A DNA stretch of 64,000 nucleotides. Origin: the human T2T-CHM13v2.0 reference genome, Homo sapiens. Of this stretch, positions 45,575 to 63,995 are shown in pieces (position 1 is the stretch's first letter; every line of letters starts with the position of its first letter). Location: the NCBI RefSeq assembly GCF_009914755.1, contig NC_060930.1; one strand, written 5' to 3'. The position numbers and the translations under genes are program-made. A model generated the notes under the pieces. It had not been told where the DNA came from and ran no database searches. It was given only the letters and a program-made list of their open reading frames with translations.

Positions 45575-46654
45575 CCTTTGCCCATTTTTAAATTGAGTTA
45601 TTTGTTTTCCTGCTATTGAATTGTTTGAGTTTCTTATATATTTTAGATATTAACCCCTTATTGTATTATGGCTTGTAAATATTTTCTCCCATTCTATGGA
45701 TTTATTTTGTTGTTTCCTTTGTTGTGCAAGCACTTTTTTAGTTAGATGTAGTCCGATTTGTCTATTTTTGCTTTTGTTGCCTATGCTTTCAGGGTCATGT
45801 CCAAAAACTTGTTGCTCAGACCGATGTCCTTGGAGCATTCTCTCTGTTTTCTTCTAGTAGTTTTACAGTTTCAGGTCTTTAATATTTAAGTTGTTAATAC
45901 ATTTTGGGTTGATTTTTGTATACAGCTTATTTTGTAAATTGGATAAGGATCAACTTTTATTCTTTTATATGTGAATATTTAGTTTTCCCAACACTATTTT
46001 TTTAAGAAACTGTTCTTTCTTCATTGTGTGTTCTTGAAATCTATGTCAAAAATAAATTGATTATAAATGTCTGGGTCTATTTCTGGGCTCTCTGTTCTAA
46101 TCCATTGGCCTATATGTCTGTTTTTATGCTAGTACCATGCTGTTTTAATAACTATAGCTTTGTCGTAAAATTTGAAATCAGAAATTGTGATGCTTCCATC
46201 TTTGTTCTTTTTGCTCAAGATTGTTTTGGTTATTAAGGGTCTTTTGTGGTTGAATATAAACTTAGGGACTTTTTTTATTTCTGTGAAAAATGACACTGAA
46301 TTTTCATATGGATTGCATTGAATTTATAGATTGCTTTGGGTAGTATGGACATTTTTACAATGTTTATCCTTTCAATCCATAAATATTGGATATCTTTCAA
46401 TTTATTTGTGTTTTCTTCAATTTCTTTCATTAGTGTTTTATAGTTTTCAGAATACAGGTCTTTTATCTCCTTAGTTAAATTTTCACCTAAGTATTTGATT
46501 TTTTTGTTGCTATTGTAAATGGAGTTGTTTTCTTAATTTCCTTTCTAGGTAGTTCATTATCAGAATATATAATGCTACTTATTTTTGTATGTTGATTTTG
46601 AATCCTGTAACTTTACCAAATTTTTTATAAATTTTAACTTTTTTTGGTAGAATG

Positions 46655-46748
46655 TGCCGTAATTTAATGGGAGCATTTTATTTTTTAGTGGAATATAAAG
46701 TATTTGTGCGCCTTACAATTAATGGCATTTTGAGTTTAATGATATGTG
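46655..46748. mobile_element. MER104-like TcMar MITE fragment
   Basis: ttagtggaatataaag...gtgcgccttacaattaatggcattttgag resembles the MER104 end. Confidence 0.4.
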
Positions 46749-47401
46749 ATGGATCACCAGTCTCATGTTTTCTGAGCTAATGCAATGCCATGGGTGGAAG
46801 CCATGAGGACTGTGTGGCTGCAAAGTTTCCATAACTGACATTAGGATGTGGACATTGCTGAGGCATCTTTTGGAGGAGAATAGCAGAATAGCCCTTCCTC
46901 AGTGTTGTGGGTCAAGAATAAGGTGAGAAAATGACTTGTCAACATACCAGCAGGGTGTGGTTAGTAGGTGAGCCATTCAAGCGTGCCTGGGAGAGTCTGA
47001 GCCTTTGTGGAAGCGTTAATATATCAGGAAAAAGTCCCACGCTGAACAGTGTCCACCCTGAAAGAGACTGCCAATTAATTATAAAGTTACCAAATAATAA
47101 AGGAGAGCATATATTACCAAATATAAATATATTATTAACAAAATAATTCAAATACTTCTCAATTCGTTTATAATCTATATCCAATAAGTCCTGATACTTG
47201 GAAAAGGCAACAAGCAGTCCAACAGGTTTGCATAAAGAGATCCGGGGGCTGGGTTTGCTGCCCTTTGTCCTCCCCACTCCGAGAGAGGATGAGGGAGGTG
47301 ACAGACCATTTGTCTCTCAAGCCTGACGAGGAGTGCAGGAGTACTTCTGAGCACAGGTTCATCTTGGGCATGAGAAAGTGGCTCCTTACCTGGAAAGCAA
47401 T

Positions 47402-47752
47402 TTCCCTCCTTCCCTCCCTCCCTGCCTTCCTCCCTTCCTTCTTTCCTTCCTTCTTTCCTTCTTTTTTTTTTGAGACAGAGTCTGGCTCTGTTGCCCAGGC
47501 TGGAGAGCAGTGGTGCCTCTCGGCTCACTGCAACTTCCGCCTCTCAGGTTCAAGCGATTGTTGTGCCTCAGCCTTCCGAGTAGCTGGGATTACAGGCACA
47601 CGCCACCACGCCTGACTAATTTTTGTATTTTTAGTAGAGACAGGGTTTTGCCATGTTGGCCAGGCTGAGGTGGAACTCCTGACCTCAAGTGATCCACCTG
47701 CCTCAGCCTTCCAAAGTGGTGGGATTACAGGCGTGAGCCACCATGTCCAGTC
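47402..47752 (-). mobile_element. AluSx/Sz with (GAAG)n-expanded tail
   Basis: Antisense Alu from 47471. (CTTC/CCTC)n tract at 47402-47461. Confidence 0.93.
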
Positions 47753-48245
47753 CCTGTGGCTTCTTTTTAATTCCAAGTTGTCAGGTCTCGGTACATTATA
47801 GCAGTCTACATAAGTTGCAAAAATAAACTTCCTGATTCCAAAGCACACCATGTTTAATGAGTCATCCTGGACACTGAATTTCAAAAGGATTAGAAATTTA
47901 TTTCTAGGTCTCTTTATGAGAAGAATGAGCAAGAGTCTATGCAACTATTTGAAGAGGAGATTCAGTCTTTAGAGATCTTTTGGTAATAAAATAATCACAC
48001 ACTAACTCAATAACTATTGAGACTTATAATGCTGTGATTGAGGAAAGTAAACATGTTGCTAAATGGTTGAACCTTTCTAGACCTTAAAAAGCGTAAAGTT
48101 CTAAACAGATTTACTTCATTTTTATTTCCATTCCTATTTTTAGAAATAAGTGAAACGTTTGAGTAAAGCCAGATTTGAGGGGTCTTTTTCCCTTCTCTGC
48201 CACAAAATTTGCTGGATAAATGGCCTCCTTAGTAGATTTATATTT

Positions 48246-48372
48246 GGGTTGCCAGATAAAATACAGGACATACAAATATTGCATAGGACATACTTATACT
48301 AAAAATTATTTGTTGATTATATGTAATTAAAATTAAACTAGGTATCTTTTTTTGGTAAATAGGGCCATCTTA
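48246..48372. mobile_element. MER53, internally deleted
   Basis: gggttgccagataaaatacaggac...aaatattgcataggacatacttatactaaaaattatt. Confidence 0.8.
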
Positions 48373-49062
48373 ATTTATATGTACTTTGTATGGCTGTTCT
48401 TATTTGCTACACAGAAGTTTTTTTTTTAGGAGAAATAGCATTTCTGGATTAGTTGACTGTTACTGTCAATAACTCATAATATTAAAATTTGATAATCTTG
48501 TCAGTTTATTAATTTGTAAGATGGATTCTTGGTGCGTTGGGCCCAAATATTCTGTAACTATAGCATGTTAAAAGCAGACCATCCTTTTTTCTGAAGAATC
48601 AGAGTTGTTTAGTGAATTATTGAAATGTTATCCTCAACAGTTACCAAATGCCTGGCAAGGTAAGGTTCAGCTGGCTTTCTTTTTTTTTTTTTTTTTTTGT
48701 AAGTCAGAAGACCTCTCCAAATTTTTTTGTATTATAATTTTGTATTATAAAACTAGCTTTTCTTCCATTTTGGAAGTCAAATCCAGAATGATGGAGATCT
48801 GGAATTTTGAATCCTTTATGATTGCTCTTCCTTATTGACCCCAAATCAGATGATTGCTCTACTGTTTGCATAGATGACCTTAGTAATTGGATATACTTTA
48901 ACATCTTCTGAGAATTACCAGAGACAGTGCTTGAATAAACATCAGATTTTTAAAAAACTGTATAAGCTGAGTGCTATTGGTTTTATTTGGCTCATTTCAC
49001 ATTCATTTTTACATGACGAGTGCCTATGGAGCTGAATATGGATATTAAAATGTGATAGGGAA

Positions 49063-49111
49063 TGTGTGAGTGAATGTGTGTTTGTGTGTTTGTGTGTTTG
49101 TGTGTGCGCAC
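49063..49111. repeat. Imperfect (TG)n microsatellite
   Basis: Direct inspection. Confidence 0.85.
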
Positions 49112-50829
49112 GCACTGAGGAATGCTGTATATTAAGTGAGAAAGAAAGAAAAAAAATCCTGCAGACATCCAATCCTGATTCTTAGAAACAAGAATTGATA
49201 GAACCTATGGATCAGTCATGGGTAACCCTAACCATTGTCAAAGTGGGTGCTTAAGTGATGTGTGGTAGAAGGAAGAACAAATAAAGAGACAGGTGGTTTA
49301 TCTGACATTCTATTTGCCAGAGATTTGCATTAACTGGCATTTGTGGACATATTCCACAGAGCAGCAATTGACGTTTATAATGATGACCCTGAGACATGGT
49401 AAGTGCTGTGTGAATTATCACAGAAAAATGAAAACCTGTTAGTGCAAATCAGGTGTTAAGTGCATTTTATTGTGTGTTTTTTTTAAATTAATGTTGACTC
49501 TTTATGTAGAGCACATATGTTTTCGCTTTAATCAGGATAATTATACTTTCTGACCAAATCAGATGACACAAAGCGGATTGTAGAAATTTAACACACATTT
49601 GCTCATTACCTGCTGTGTAATAAGCTATAGGCAAACATTGATAGACACAATTTTATGTCCTCAAGAAATTCATAATTATGGGAGATAGAGAACCATATGT
49701 TTTTTATAAAATGTAAGAGGACCCTAATGTACATACAAATACAATGGAAACCATAGTGTAGAAGTAATTGATAAAAGAGAAGTCAAAGATTTATTACTGA
49801 GGAGATAACATTTGAATTGCACGTTGAAGAACGAGTAAAGTTTCTCTAGCTAAATAGAAATGTTACTGTCATTTCCCAGAATAGGGATTTTATGTACTTT
49901 GTCCCTTGTTTTCTCCATCATCTCCTCATTTTTGAGATTGACGGTGGATACATTAGATAGTGGAGGATGAAGTTTGATATGAGTTAAGAAATACTACTCT
50001 GAATACCCTAGGTCCTGCTTTCAATTGTTATTTGCGTGTCAGAGTGGGCAGTGGAGTAATGTGAAAATCTATCACCTCAAGTTGAGGAGAAAAACCTAGA
50101 AATTAAATAAGGGATTCAGGAAAAATCATGATGGCCTATAGGATTATTTGCCTTGTTAAATCATCTGTTTTTATTGTTTTAAAGTACAATTACTTTGGAT
50201 TTCTCTTGGTATTTCCAAATTATCTATCTTATGGACAGAACTTCTTACAGAGCAGAGCCACCCTCAGCAATAATAAGGGTCACAATGGCTCAGGCTTTAT
50301 TTCTCCTTAAGTAATCTTCCATACAGCCTGCTTGTTAATAAATAGTTAATTATTTGGGCAGCTGCTAATTATGCTGGAGCCCAACAATGGATATAAGACA
50401 TTGGCATTTTGCAGCTGCATTTTGCCCTGGGTGGGAGTGTCGATGTGGAGTGCAGGACAGGTAGGGTAGCCTCTTCAGTCAGTCACAAATCAGGACCATC
50501 CAGGCCCAATACTAGACTCAGAGTTTGTCATCATTGATTACATAAACCAAAGATCGATCAACTCCCCTTCATGTCTGGCTCTGTAAGTGCAAAGAAACTA
50601 ACAATGGTCAATTTGTTTATTTTTATCAATTATTCTTTTCATGCAAATGGAATGACGAAAAAGACACTAGACTAGGTACATGTGTCTGGATTCTGGTGCA
50701 ACCTGTGCTATACACTGACTGTACGACCTAAGGCAACTATCTTAGCCTTTCGGGACTTCATTTTCTCCATAGTATACTGACTAAATGATCCTCACAATTT
50801 TTTTCCAGTTCTAGAATGCTAGGAATCTT

Positions 50830-52094
50830 TCTTGTTAATTTTTAATTTTTGTGGGTACATAGCAGGTGTATACATTTATGGAAGAAATGAAATGTTTTCA
50901 TACAGGCATGCAATGTATAATAATCACATCATGGAGAATGGGGCATCCATTCCTTCAAGCATTTATCCTTTATGCCATGAATAATCTAATTATACTCTTT
51001 TTGTCACTTTAAAATGTACTACTAAGTTATTATTGACTGTAATCACCCTGTTGTGCTATCAAATAGTAGATCTTACTCATTCATTCTATTTTTTGTACCC
51101 AGTAAACATCCCTACCTCCTTCCAACACCTCCACCTACCCTTCCAGCGTCTGTTCACCATCCTTCTACTCTCTCTGTTCCATGAGTTCCATGAATTTAAT
51201 TATTTTGATTTTTAGATCCCACAAATAAAGAAGAACTTGCAATGTTTGTCTTTCTGTGTCTGGCTTATTCTGCTTAACATAATGACCTCCAGTTCCATTC
51301 ATGCTGTTGCAAATCTCATTTTTTTATGTTTGAATAGTACTCTATTGTGTACATGTACAATATTTTCTTTATCTATTCATCTGTTAATGAACAGTTATGT
51401 TGTTTCCAAATCTTGACAATTGTGAGCAATGCTACACCAAACATGGGAGTGCAGATATCTCTTTAATATACTGATTTAATTTCATTTGGGTACATACCCA
51501 GCAGTGGGATTGATGGGTCATATGGGAGCTCTATTTTTCGTTTTTTGAGAAAGCTCCGTTTGGAGCTGTTTTCCATGGTGCTTGCACTAACTTACATTCC
51601 CGTGAACAGTGCATGAGGGTTCCCTTTTCTTCACATCCTCTCCAGCATTTGCTATTATCTGTCTTTTGGATGAAAGCCATTTGAACTGGGGTAAGACGAT
51701 ATCTCATTGTAGTTTTGACTTAACATTTCTCTAATGATCAATGGCATTGAGCACCTTTTCATATGCCTGTTTGCCATTTGTATGTCTATTCAAATCTTTA
51801 GCCCATTTTTTAATCAGGTTATTAGATTTTTTCCAATAGGGTTGTTTGAGCTCCTTATATATTCTGGCTATTAATCTCTTGTCAGAAGGGTAGTTTGCAA
51901 ATATTTTCTCCCATTCTGTGCGTTGTCTCTTCACTTTGTTGATTGTGTCCTTTGCTGTGCAGAAGCTTTTTAACTCAATGTGATTCCATGTGTCCATTTT
52001 TGCTTTGGTTGACTGTGCTTGTGGAGTATTCCTCAGGAAATTTTTGTCCAGACCGATGTCCTGGAGATTGACCTCAATGTTTTCTTGTAGTGTA
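50830..52094 (-). mobile_element. L1MA2-like, 5'-truncated, with TSD
   Basis: Antisense 3' UTR ttttgtgggtacatagcaggtg and ORF2 remnant 51731-52114. TSD ctaggaWtctt at 50819 and 52095. Confidence 0.9.
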
Positions 52095-54919
52095 CTAGGA
52101 TTCTTAAAAGCCACTTTTACAGATATCTATGTACATAAACAAATACGTTTATGCCTTTTCATTTAAAAATAGATTTTAAATTTATTTTACTAAAATACTG
52201 AGTTATCAGTGTGTAAGTCTAAAACATTATTCAATGGAATAATGTGCTTTTTCAAGCACTACATAATTCCAAACAAAATAAATTCGATGGCATAAGGAGA
52301 GAGGCACCAAAATCTACCTCTATGCTCCCCTTTCATCCAAGACATAAAAGAAAGCAGCAGCAATCATTTCTTCTGCTAACCCCAGTAAGTAACTAATGCA
52401 GAATGCTTTGATGTGTTTGACAGACAATTCCCAAATGTGGTTTTTAATCCATAGTCACAGAGCTACCTGGTTCATTCTCTAAAATTTCTCATGTGGAAAT
52501 TTATTACGTATTCACATGCACTCACGCTGAAAGCCTCCTTTGCTTGCTACTTAATCACATTTCCTAAATGACTGTCCTACAGCCATTAAGTTTATTAATG
52601 GAATCCCAAACAAAGGAATTTAGCTTTCATAATAGCACCAAAGAAAACTTGCCAAAATTACTCCTTAGAATTTTTTTAAATGACATGTCAAAATTCCACG
52701 CGTATACAAGATTGTTTGCCATAGCGAACAATCTTTAGATTGGAGACAATCTAAAGGCTCATTAAGAGGTTAAAAATATTTGATACATAATTGGTATGTA
52801 AATATTACAATCCACTTATGGTACATGTTATGGAGTATCACATAGCTGTTAAGAAGAATGAGAACTTGTCTGTACTCACATGGAAAGAAAAATATTAAGT
52901 AGAAAATAAAGCTAGTTGCATAACAGATGTTTGTCAAAGAGTTAGCAGTGTTAACTTCTTGAAGCTATGCATTAGAGGCCTGGGAAGTGGTACAGAGGTT
53001 AATTTCACTTTCTACATTATTTCATATTGCTTAAATTTCTCACAATAACCATACATATTTCAAAAATCAAAGCAAAAAGCTCTTCCAGCAACACTTGTAA
53101 TTACCTCTTAAATATACAAAATTATTTAGACATGCAACTATTAAGAATTCATATAATACTTGTGAAATTGCATCCTCTTTTCAGGAACTGAATAGAAAAT
53201 GGATAGAAATTATTTTTTTTCCAGAGCCAGACTAGCTTATGTTAAAAGGTTTCAACCCAAATGTGCTCTCTCTTTATCTCACCATTCTTTTTAAAAATCA
53301 AGGTCTCTAAAGCAGAATCTTCATGTTGCTTTCTCTTAGTAAATGTTATGGTATTATATCACTATATTCTGGCTTCGAAAAATGAATTATTAGGCCCTTC
53401 ATTTAATTTTTGCCTTTTTCCTCAAATAACAGAGGGCATCTTTAACATGAGTTAGTCATCCTTACCTATGGTCATGATATTTCCATTTGTCATGCCGTGC
53501 CCCTTGCCAACCTCATCTTTCCCATTCTCTATTATCCTAAATGTATACTTCCAACCCCCACCTTTCCCACTTCCACCCTGGAAGATCTTTTAGTTACCCA
53601 CAACCCAGGTTGGAGGACCTGTTTACTATTTTATGCACCCCCACAATGTTATGATCAGAGTTATTTATGCAAAAATTCCCGTTAAAGCTATAGAATGTGT
53701 AGGTTAGAATCAAACACTTGCACCTATTAAACACTCTATGAAGAGTGACCTCTTCCTGAAAGTCTTGTCTGTGCTTTCTATTGTTCACACTTCACTGAAT
53801 ATTAGCTCTACCAGTGAAATCTCATGCAACAAAACTATTCTTTTTCTTAAAAAACTTCTGAATTGTGGATCTTGTGTATAGCAGAATATTTGCATAAAGT
53901 TGTTTTGATATTGTAAGTCAATGTTGTTTTTCTTTAAGTATATGTACTAATGTAGAAGGTGTGCAATGCCAGAAAGTACAAGGGGGATTGAACAGGTGTT
54001 TTGGAGGTATCAATTTTGCAATGAGTATTAGCTACATCTGGAATTTCATATTCCAAGAGTTGGATTTCACTCGTGTTATGAACTCATGATATTACAGGCC
54101 TGAAATTCAGCCCCTGCTTTTTAATAACTGTGCAATATTCAACAACTTACATAACTCTAATTCTTTGTTTTCTCACAAAATGAAGAAAATAATAACCATT
54201 TCAGTCATTTGTTGGGACAATTAAGCAGGAGGAATTGTGAAAACATCCAGCACAATGCCTAACATACAAGCACTCAATATGTTCATTCCTTCTTTCTTTT
54301 TTCCCTTCCTCAAAAAGAATTGAAAGAAATAGGACCCTTAATCTCTATAAGAGGCATAACGATGGAAAAATTCAACACCACTGGGCCTTCAATGCAAGCT
54401 ATAAATCACTTACAAAAGTGAAAACACATATTTGGGGTTATTACTCAAATGAACTGTAGATCATGATAAGATTACACCAGCCATACTCTAGTGAAACTTA
54501 GGTGTCATGAGGAAAAAAAAAAGATCAATTAAATGATGATTTTTTTATGCCTTTGTGAAATATATAAGGAGATTTTTATCAGAAGCAAACTGAGTTTTTC
54601 TGCTTATTTACAAGAAATCAAAGAGAATGAAATGGGATTTATATAGGAAAGATTTTGATGGAAATAACAAAACGAAATGTTAAAGAGGGCAGAGAGCTCC
54701 GGATACTTCAGGGTATCAAAGTCTTCTGGTAAACTTTTAGGTTTATGACTCTTTGATTGCATTTTAATCAATACTTAATAGTTATTGGTGTTTGTGATCA
54801 CAATATTTAAAGGTTATTTGTTAGTATGTTCACATCCAACAATTCTTCTATTAATGTTCCTTGTTCATTAAGAAACTGTGAAATGTAGATGCTGAATGTT
54901 TATTATTTGAATTAGGCTT

Positions 54920-55209
<290 letters not shown>

Positions 55210-57927
55210 GAATCAGGCATTTTAACATAAGATTAATGAAAGGGAAAATTCTTATCAGCTCCTTCCACACCACAAGTGTTGAAATGATAAGCTCAACATC
55301 ATACTACACAGTACAATGCACAAATGATGGAGTATAAAGTGGCTTATTCTGATAGAAAGCCACCCTTTGCAAAGTGGCCTTTGTGCTTAATTTTTAAATA
55401 GAAATGAAGGCCAGAGGCTTCCTTCTGTCTCACCACTTTTGATTACCCCAGGTAAGCTTCTATTCAACAACTCAAGAATAGGAAACTATAAATGCTATTA
55501 TTTAAAATCAAGATCAAATTGTGAGGAAATAAATACACTCTCAAGACTATTTTCGTTCTGGAATTTTGTACTTAAAAATGTGTTTGCATGTTTTTAACCT
55601 TTTGGGCTGAAGTACATCCTTTATATACCGAATTTGCTGAGTACTTTTTTCATGAAAGAATGTTGAATTTTCTCAAATGCTTTTTCTGCATCTAATGAGA
55701 TGATTATATTATTTTTGTACTTCATTCTTTTAATGTGGTGTATCACATTTATTGATTTGTAAACATTGAACCATCTTTGCCTTCAAGGGATAAATCCCCC
55801 GGATTATGGTGAACGACCCTTTTAAAGTGTTGTTGAATTCAGTTTGCTAGTATCCTGTTGAGTATTTTTGCATGTATGTTTATCAAGGATATTGGCTTGT
55901 AGCTTTCTTTTCTTGTGATGTTTTTATCTGGCTTTTGTATCAGAGTCACGCTGGCTTCATGAAAAAGTGTGGAGGTATTCCACCATCTTCTGTTTTTGTG
56001 GAAAAGATTGTGGAGGATTGGTAGTAGTTCTTTAAATGTTTGATAGAATTCAGCAGTTAATCCATCAGGTCCTGTGCTTTTCTTTAACAGGAAACGGTTT
56101 TTTTTTTTTTTTTTTTTTTTTACTTATTCACTTGTTATTGCTCTGTTCAGATTTTCTATTTCTTAATTATTTAGTCTAGACAGGTTGTATGTTTCCAGGT
56201 ATTTATCCAGTTCTCCTAGGTTATGAAATTTGGGGGCATATAATTGTCCATAAAAATCTCTTATAATTCTTCGTATTTCTGTAGTGTCAGTTATGTCTCC
56301 ACTTACATTTCTGACTTTGAGTCTTTTTTTTCTTTTGTTAGTCTAGCTAAAAGGTGTCCATTTTGTTTATCTTTTCACAAACGAACTCTCAATTTGATTG
56401 ATCTTTTGTATAATTTTTCTGATCCTTATTTTCTCCTTTCTTTTGCTAACATTGGGTGTAGGTAGTTCTTTTTTCTGTTTCCTTGAGGCATAATGTTAAG
56501 TTGTTTATTTGAGACCTTTCTTCTTTTTTGACATAGACATTTATTACTATTAACTTTCCTCTTAGAACCACTTTTGTTGCATCTTGTAAGTTTTGGGATG
56601 TTGTGTCTTCATTTCTTGTTTATCTTGACATATTTTTAAATTTCCCTTTTAATTTCTTCATTGACCCATTTGTTGTTCAAGAGCATGTTACTTAATTTTC
56701 ATGTATTTGCTAATCTTCTGAAAATCCTAATATAAAAGATAGTTTTATATTATTGTGGTTGAAAAAGATATTTGATATGATTTTAATATTCTTAAATTTG
56801 ATAAGACTTGTATTGTAGCCTAACTTATAAATTCTCCTGGAGAAAGATTTGTGTGCTCTTGAGAAGAATGTGTATTATGTTGTTGGATGGAATGTTCCAT
56901 GAGTGTCTGTTAGGTTCATTTAATCTAAAGTGTTGTCCAAGTCCAGGGTTTCATCATTAGTTTTCTTTCTTAATGATCTATTCAATATTGAAAGTGGTGT
57001 ATTAAAGTCCCCTGCTTTTATTGTACTGGAATCTATCTCTCCCTTCAGATCCTTTAATGTTTGTCTTACATATCAGGTGCTCCACTGTTGGGCACATGTA
57101 TGTTTACAATTGTTATGTCCTTTTGATGTTGACTCCTTTATTATTATATAATGACCTTCTTTGTCTTTTTTTTCAATTTTTGACTTAAGTCTATTTTGTC
57201 TGATATAAGTGTCACGACTTCTGCTCTTTTAATTTCCATTTGCATGGAATATCTTTTTTCATCCCTTCACTTTGTCTATGTGTGTCCTTAAAAGTGAAGT
57301 GAATTCCTTATAGGTAACGTAATTGGATCCTTTTTTACATTTTATCCATTCATTCACATTATGTCTTTTGACTGCAGAATTTAATTCTTTTTTATTTAAG
57401 GTAATTATTGATAGCAAAGAACTCACTACTGCCATTTAAAAAATTGTATTCTGGTTGTTTTGTAAATACCTTCTTTCTTTCTTCCTTTCTTTCTGTCTCG
57501 TTTTGTGGTTTGATGGTTTTCTGTAGTGGTATGATTTGAATATTTTACATTTTTGTTGTGTGTATCTATGGAATTTTGCTTTATGGTTACCATGAGGCTT
57601 ACATTGAACATTGTACATTTAGTCTATTTCAATCTGATAACAGCTTAAGTTTAATTATATACAATGCTACACTTTTACACTCTTTTCAAATTTTACATTT
57701 TTGATGGTTGAATTTACATCATTTTATAATACATATCTGTTGAAAATTTATTTCAGCTATAGTTTTCATTAATGTATTTTCACCCTTGAAATGGAGATAA
57801 AGTTACTTTACGTACCACAATTACACTTTAAGGGCATTCTGAATATTGCTCTGTATCACTTATACCATTGGGTTCCGTGCTTTTGTAAGTTTATTCTATT
57901 AATTAGCAGCCTTTCATTTCAGTTTAA

Positions 57928-58439
<512 letters not shown>

Positions 58440-59317
58440 TTAAATAACTCTCTCACAATTCCTGTAAGGCAGGCCTTATGGTGATAATCTCCCTTAGCTT
58501 TTGTTTGTCTGGAAATGTTTTTATTTCTCAAATATAAGTTGGCTGGGTAAAGTATTCTTGGTTCGCAGGTTTTTTTTTTTCCCCCTTCAACACTTTGAAT
58601 GTATTATCACACTCTCTCCTAGTTTCTACTGAGACATCCACTGATAGATGTATTGGGACTCCTTTGTATGTGATGTATTTCTTAATTCTTGCTGCTTTCA
58701 GGATTTCTTTGTCTTTGATTTTTGGTAGTGTGATTATTATATATCTTGGTGAACTCTTTGGGTTGAATTTCACAGGTGACTTCTTACCTTCGTGTACTTG
58801 AATTTTATCTTCTTTCTTCCAATTAGGGATGCTTTATTTTATTATTTCTTTAAATATGCTTTCTGGCCGTCATTCTCTTTCCTTTCCTTCTGGAATGCCA
58901 ATTTTGTGTGGATTAGGTCTCTTGATAGTATTTCATAATTCCCATAGGTTTTCTTCATTTCCTCTTTGTGTTTCTTTTTTTCCCTCCTCTCTTGGGTAAT
59001 TTTACATGTTCTACCTTTGAATTCACTGATTCTTTCTTCAGCTTGATTGAGCTGGCTGTTGAAGCTTTCTATTATACTTTTTAGGTTAATCATTGTATTC
59101 TTTAACTATAAAATTCCTGTTTATTTTTAATTTTTTTTTGTTTGTCAAACTTCTCATGTTATGCATGTATTCTTATCCAAGTTGTATTTAATTTTTTATT
59201 TGAATATTCTTGAAGTTCATTGAACTTTTTAAAAGAAGATTATTCTGAATTTTATTTCTGTCATGTCATAGATCTCCCTTTCTTTGGGGTTTATTGTTGG
59301 AGATTTGTTAATTTTTT

Positions 59318-62209
<2,892 letters not shown>

Positions 62210-63789
62210 TAGGTGCCATGATTTCCTGAGTCTTTGTAATCCTTGTGTCCTTGCCTTGGTGTTTACACATTTGCATGGATAGCCACTTTTTCCAACTTTT
62301 ATAGGAGATTTCCTTTGGCAAGGATAGATCTTCACTAGTTAGTCTAGCCTGTGATTCTAGATGGACTGGCAAGCAAAGCTTTCTTTCAGGTTCTCTAGAT
62401 GGCTTGGATGATACATTTGCTCTGAATTTGAGCTAGGTTACAGAGTATGTTCTCAGGCTATAAGGTACTGTCATCTGAGTTTAGAAGCTGCACAGGGTTG
62501 CAGGAGGAGCCTTGAGGTTAAGTAAATTAGGATGGATGAACCAACTGCTATGCTCAGTAGAAATGTACAATTGAGGTTTTCCTCCCTCCCTGGACAGGGT
62601 CTAGGGTTGAGCTTTGAGGTTGCAGGGAATACTGATTAAGCTTTCAGATGTGGCCTATCTAGATACTACTTGTTTAGAAATTCACTGCAGGAATTTTCTC
62701 CCTCCCTGGGTAATGATTTTGGGTAGAGTATAATGCTGGCTATAGAGGCTGACCATCCAGGAATTCAAGCAACGTAGCACTTCTCACCTTTTCTGGGGTC
62801 ACCAACTTGGTTTTGTGGATGAGCTATGCTGTTAGTTGGCACCTTTTATTGAGCAACACTGCTGTCAGGTACACTGTGCTTTCACCAAAATTGACACATT
62901 GCTCTCTGTGGCCTCTCTCTATTGCTTTGTTTTTTGCTTGACCCCAGGGAGTCTAGCTGTGCAGTTTTTCTGTATGTTCCCCGTTCCCCATGAGGTGAAA
63001 GCAAAGTGAGTTTCCTGGTAGGCATCTCAGAATGCTAGGGAAGCTGGATGTCCACTTACTTGGATCTCTTTTCCCACTGTAGAAACCATGGGTCCTGGAG
63101 AATCCTCTCTGTGTGGCATTGTGCCAACTTGGAGGAGGAGGAATAGTAATGTGGTTAAAGTGAGATCATTTCTCCTATCCTTTCAATGAAAGTTTTTATT
63201 TAGTTTCGTGGACCACACAGGTAATTCAGGTTGATTTTTACATGCTGAGGTTTCACCAGGTGCATTGGTCTGTGTATATTTGCTACTTGATCTTCTGTGA
63301 GAGAGAGTGAAGCCTGGGACCTCCTATTCCACCATCTTGCTGATATCACTTCTGATATTATTTCTTGTTAATGTCAAGAAATTCTATGTGAAAGAATCTT
63401 TGGTTGAGAAGGGGTGGATTATTTGTCTTGCTGTCACTTCATTTTCCTCTCTATCCAAAAGCATTGATCTTAAACTATGCCTGTATAAGATTAGCAACCT
63501 GTACAGCTTGTATGAACAGCTTAGTTCAGTGATAAATGGTCAGAAATGCTTCAGATATTTAGGATGTCTGTAAAAACCTGAGTTGAGTTTATGTTTTTAT
63601 GTCAAATTTACATTCACATAAGGGATATCTTTGATAAGTTCGTCCAATTACTTAGTTTATGATATTAATGAAGGAAAAGATCTTAAAATCCACCCTGAGA
63701 CTGAATGGCTGGCTGTGCTGTAAACACTGCCCCATACCTCGCCAACCAGTTCACAAATAATGACTTTGGCATAAACGGATCATCATCTG

Positions 63790-63995
63790 AAATACTTCAT
63801 AGTGTAGAGACAAAGGACAGCATTTCAAGAAGACATCCCTAAGTTTAAATCCCAGTTCTGCTACCTACAAGCTATGTGATCTTAGTTAAGCTGAAACTCT
63901 CTGAGACTCAGTTTGCACACTTGTAAAACTGTGTAATTGTAATGCTATCTACCCCAGCTATTATTGTAGGGATTAAATTGTATGAGATAACATAT
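63790..63995 (+). mobile_element. MIR
   Basis: aatcccagttctgctacctacaagctatgtgatctt...ctctctgagactcagttt...tgtaaaa core. Confidence 0.75.
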
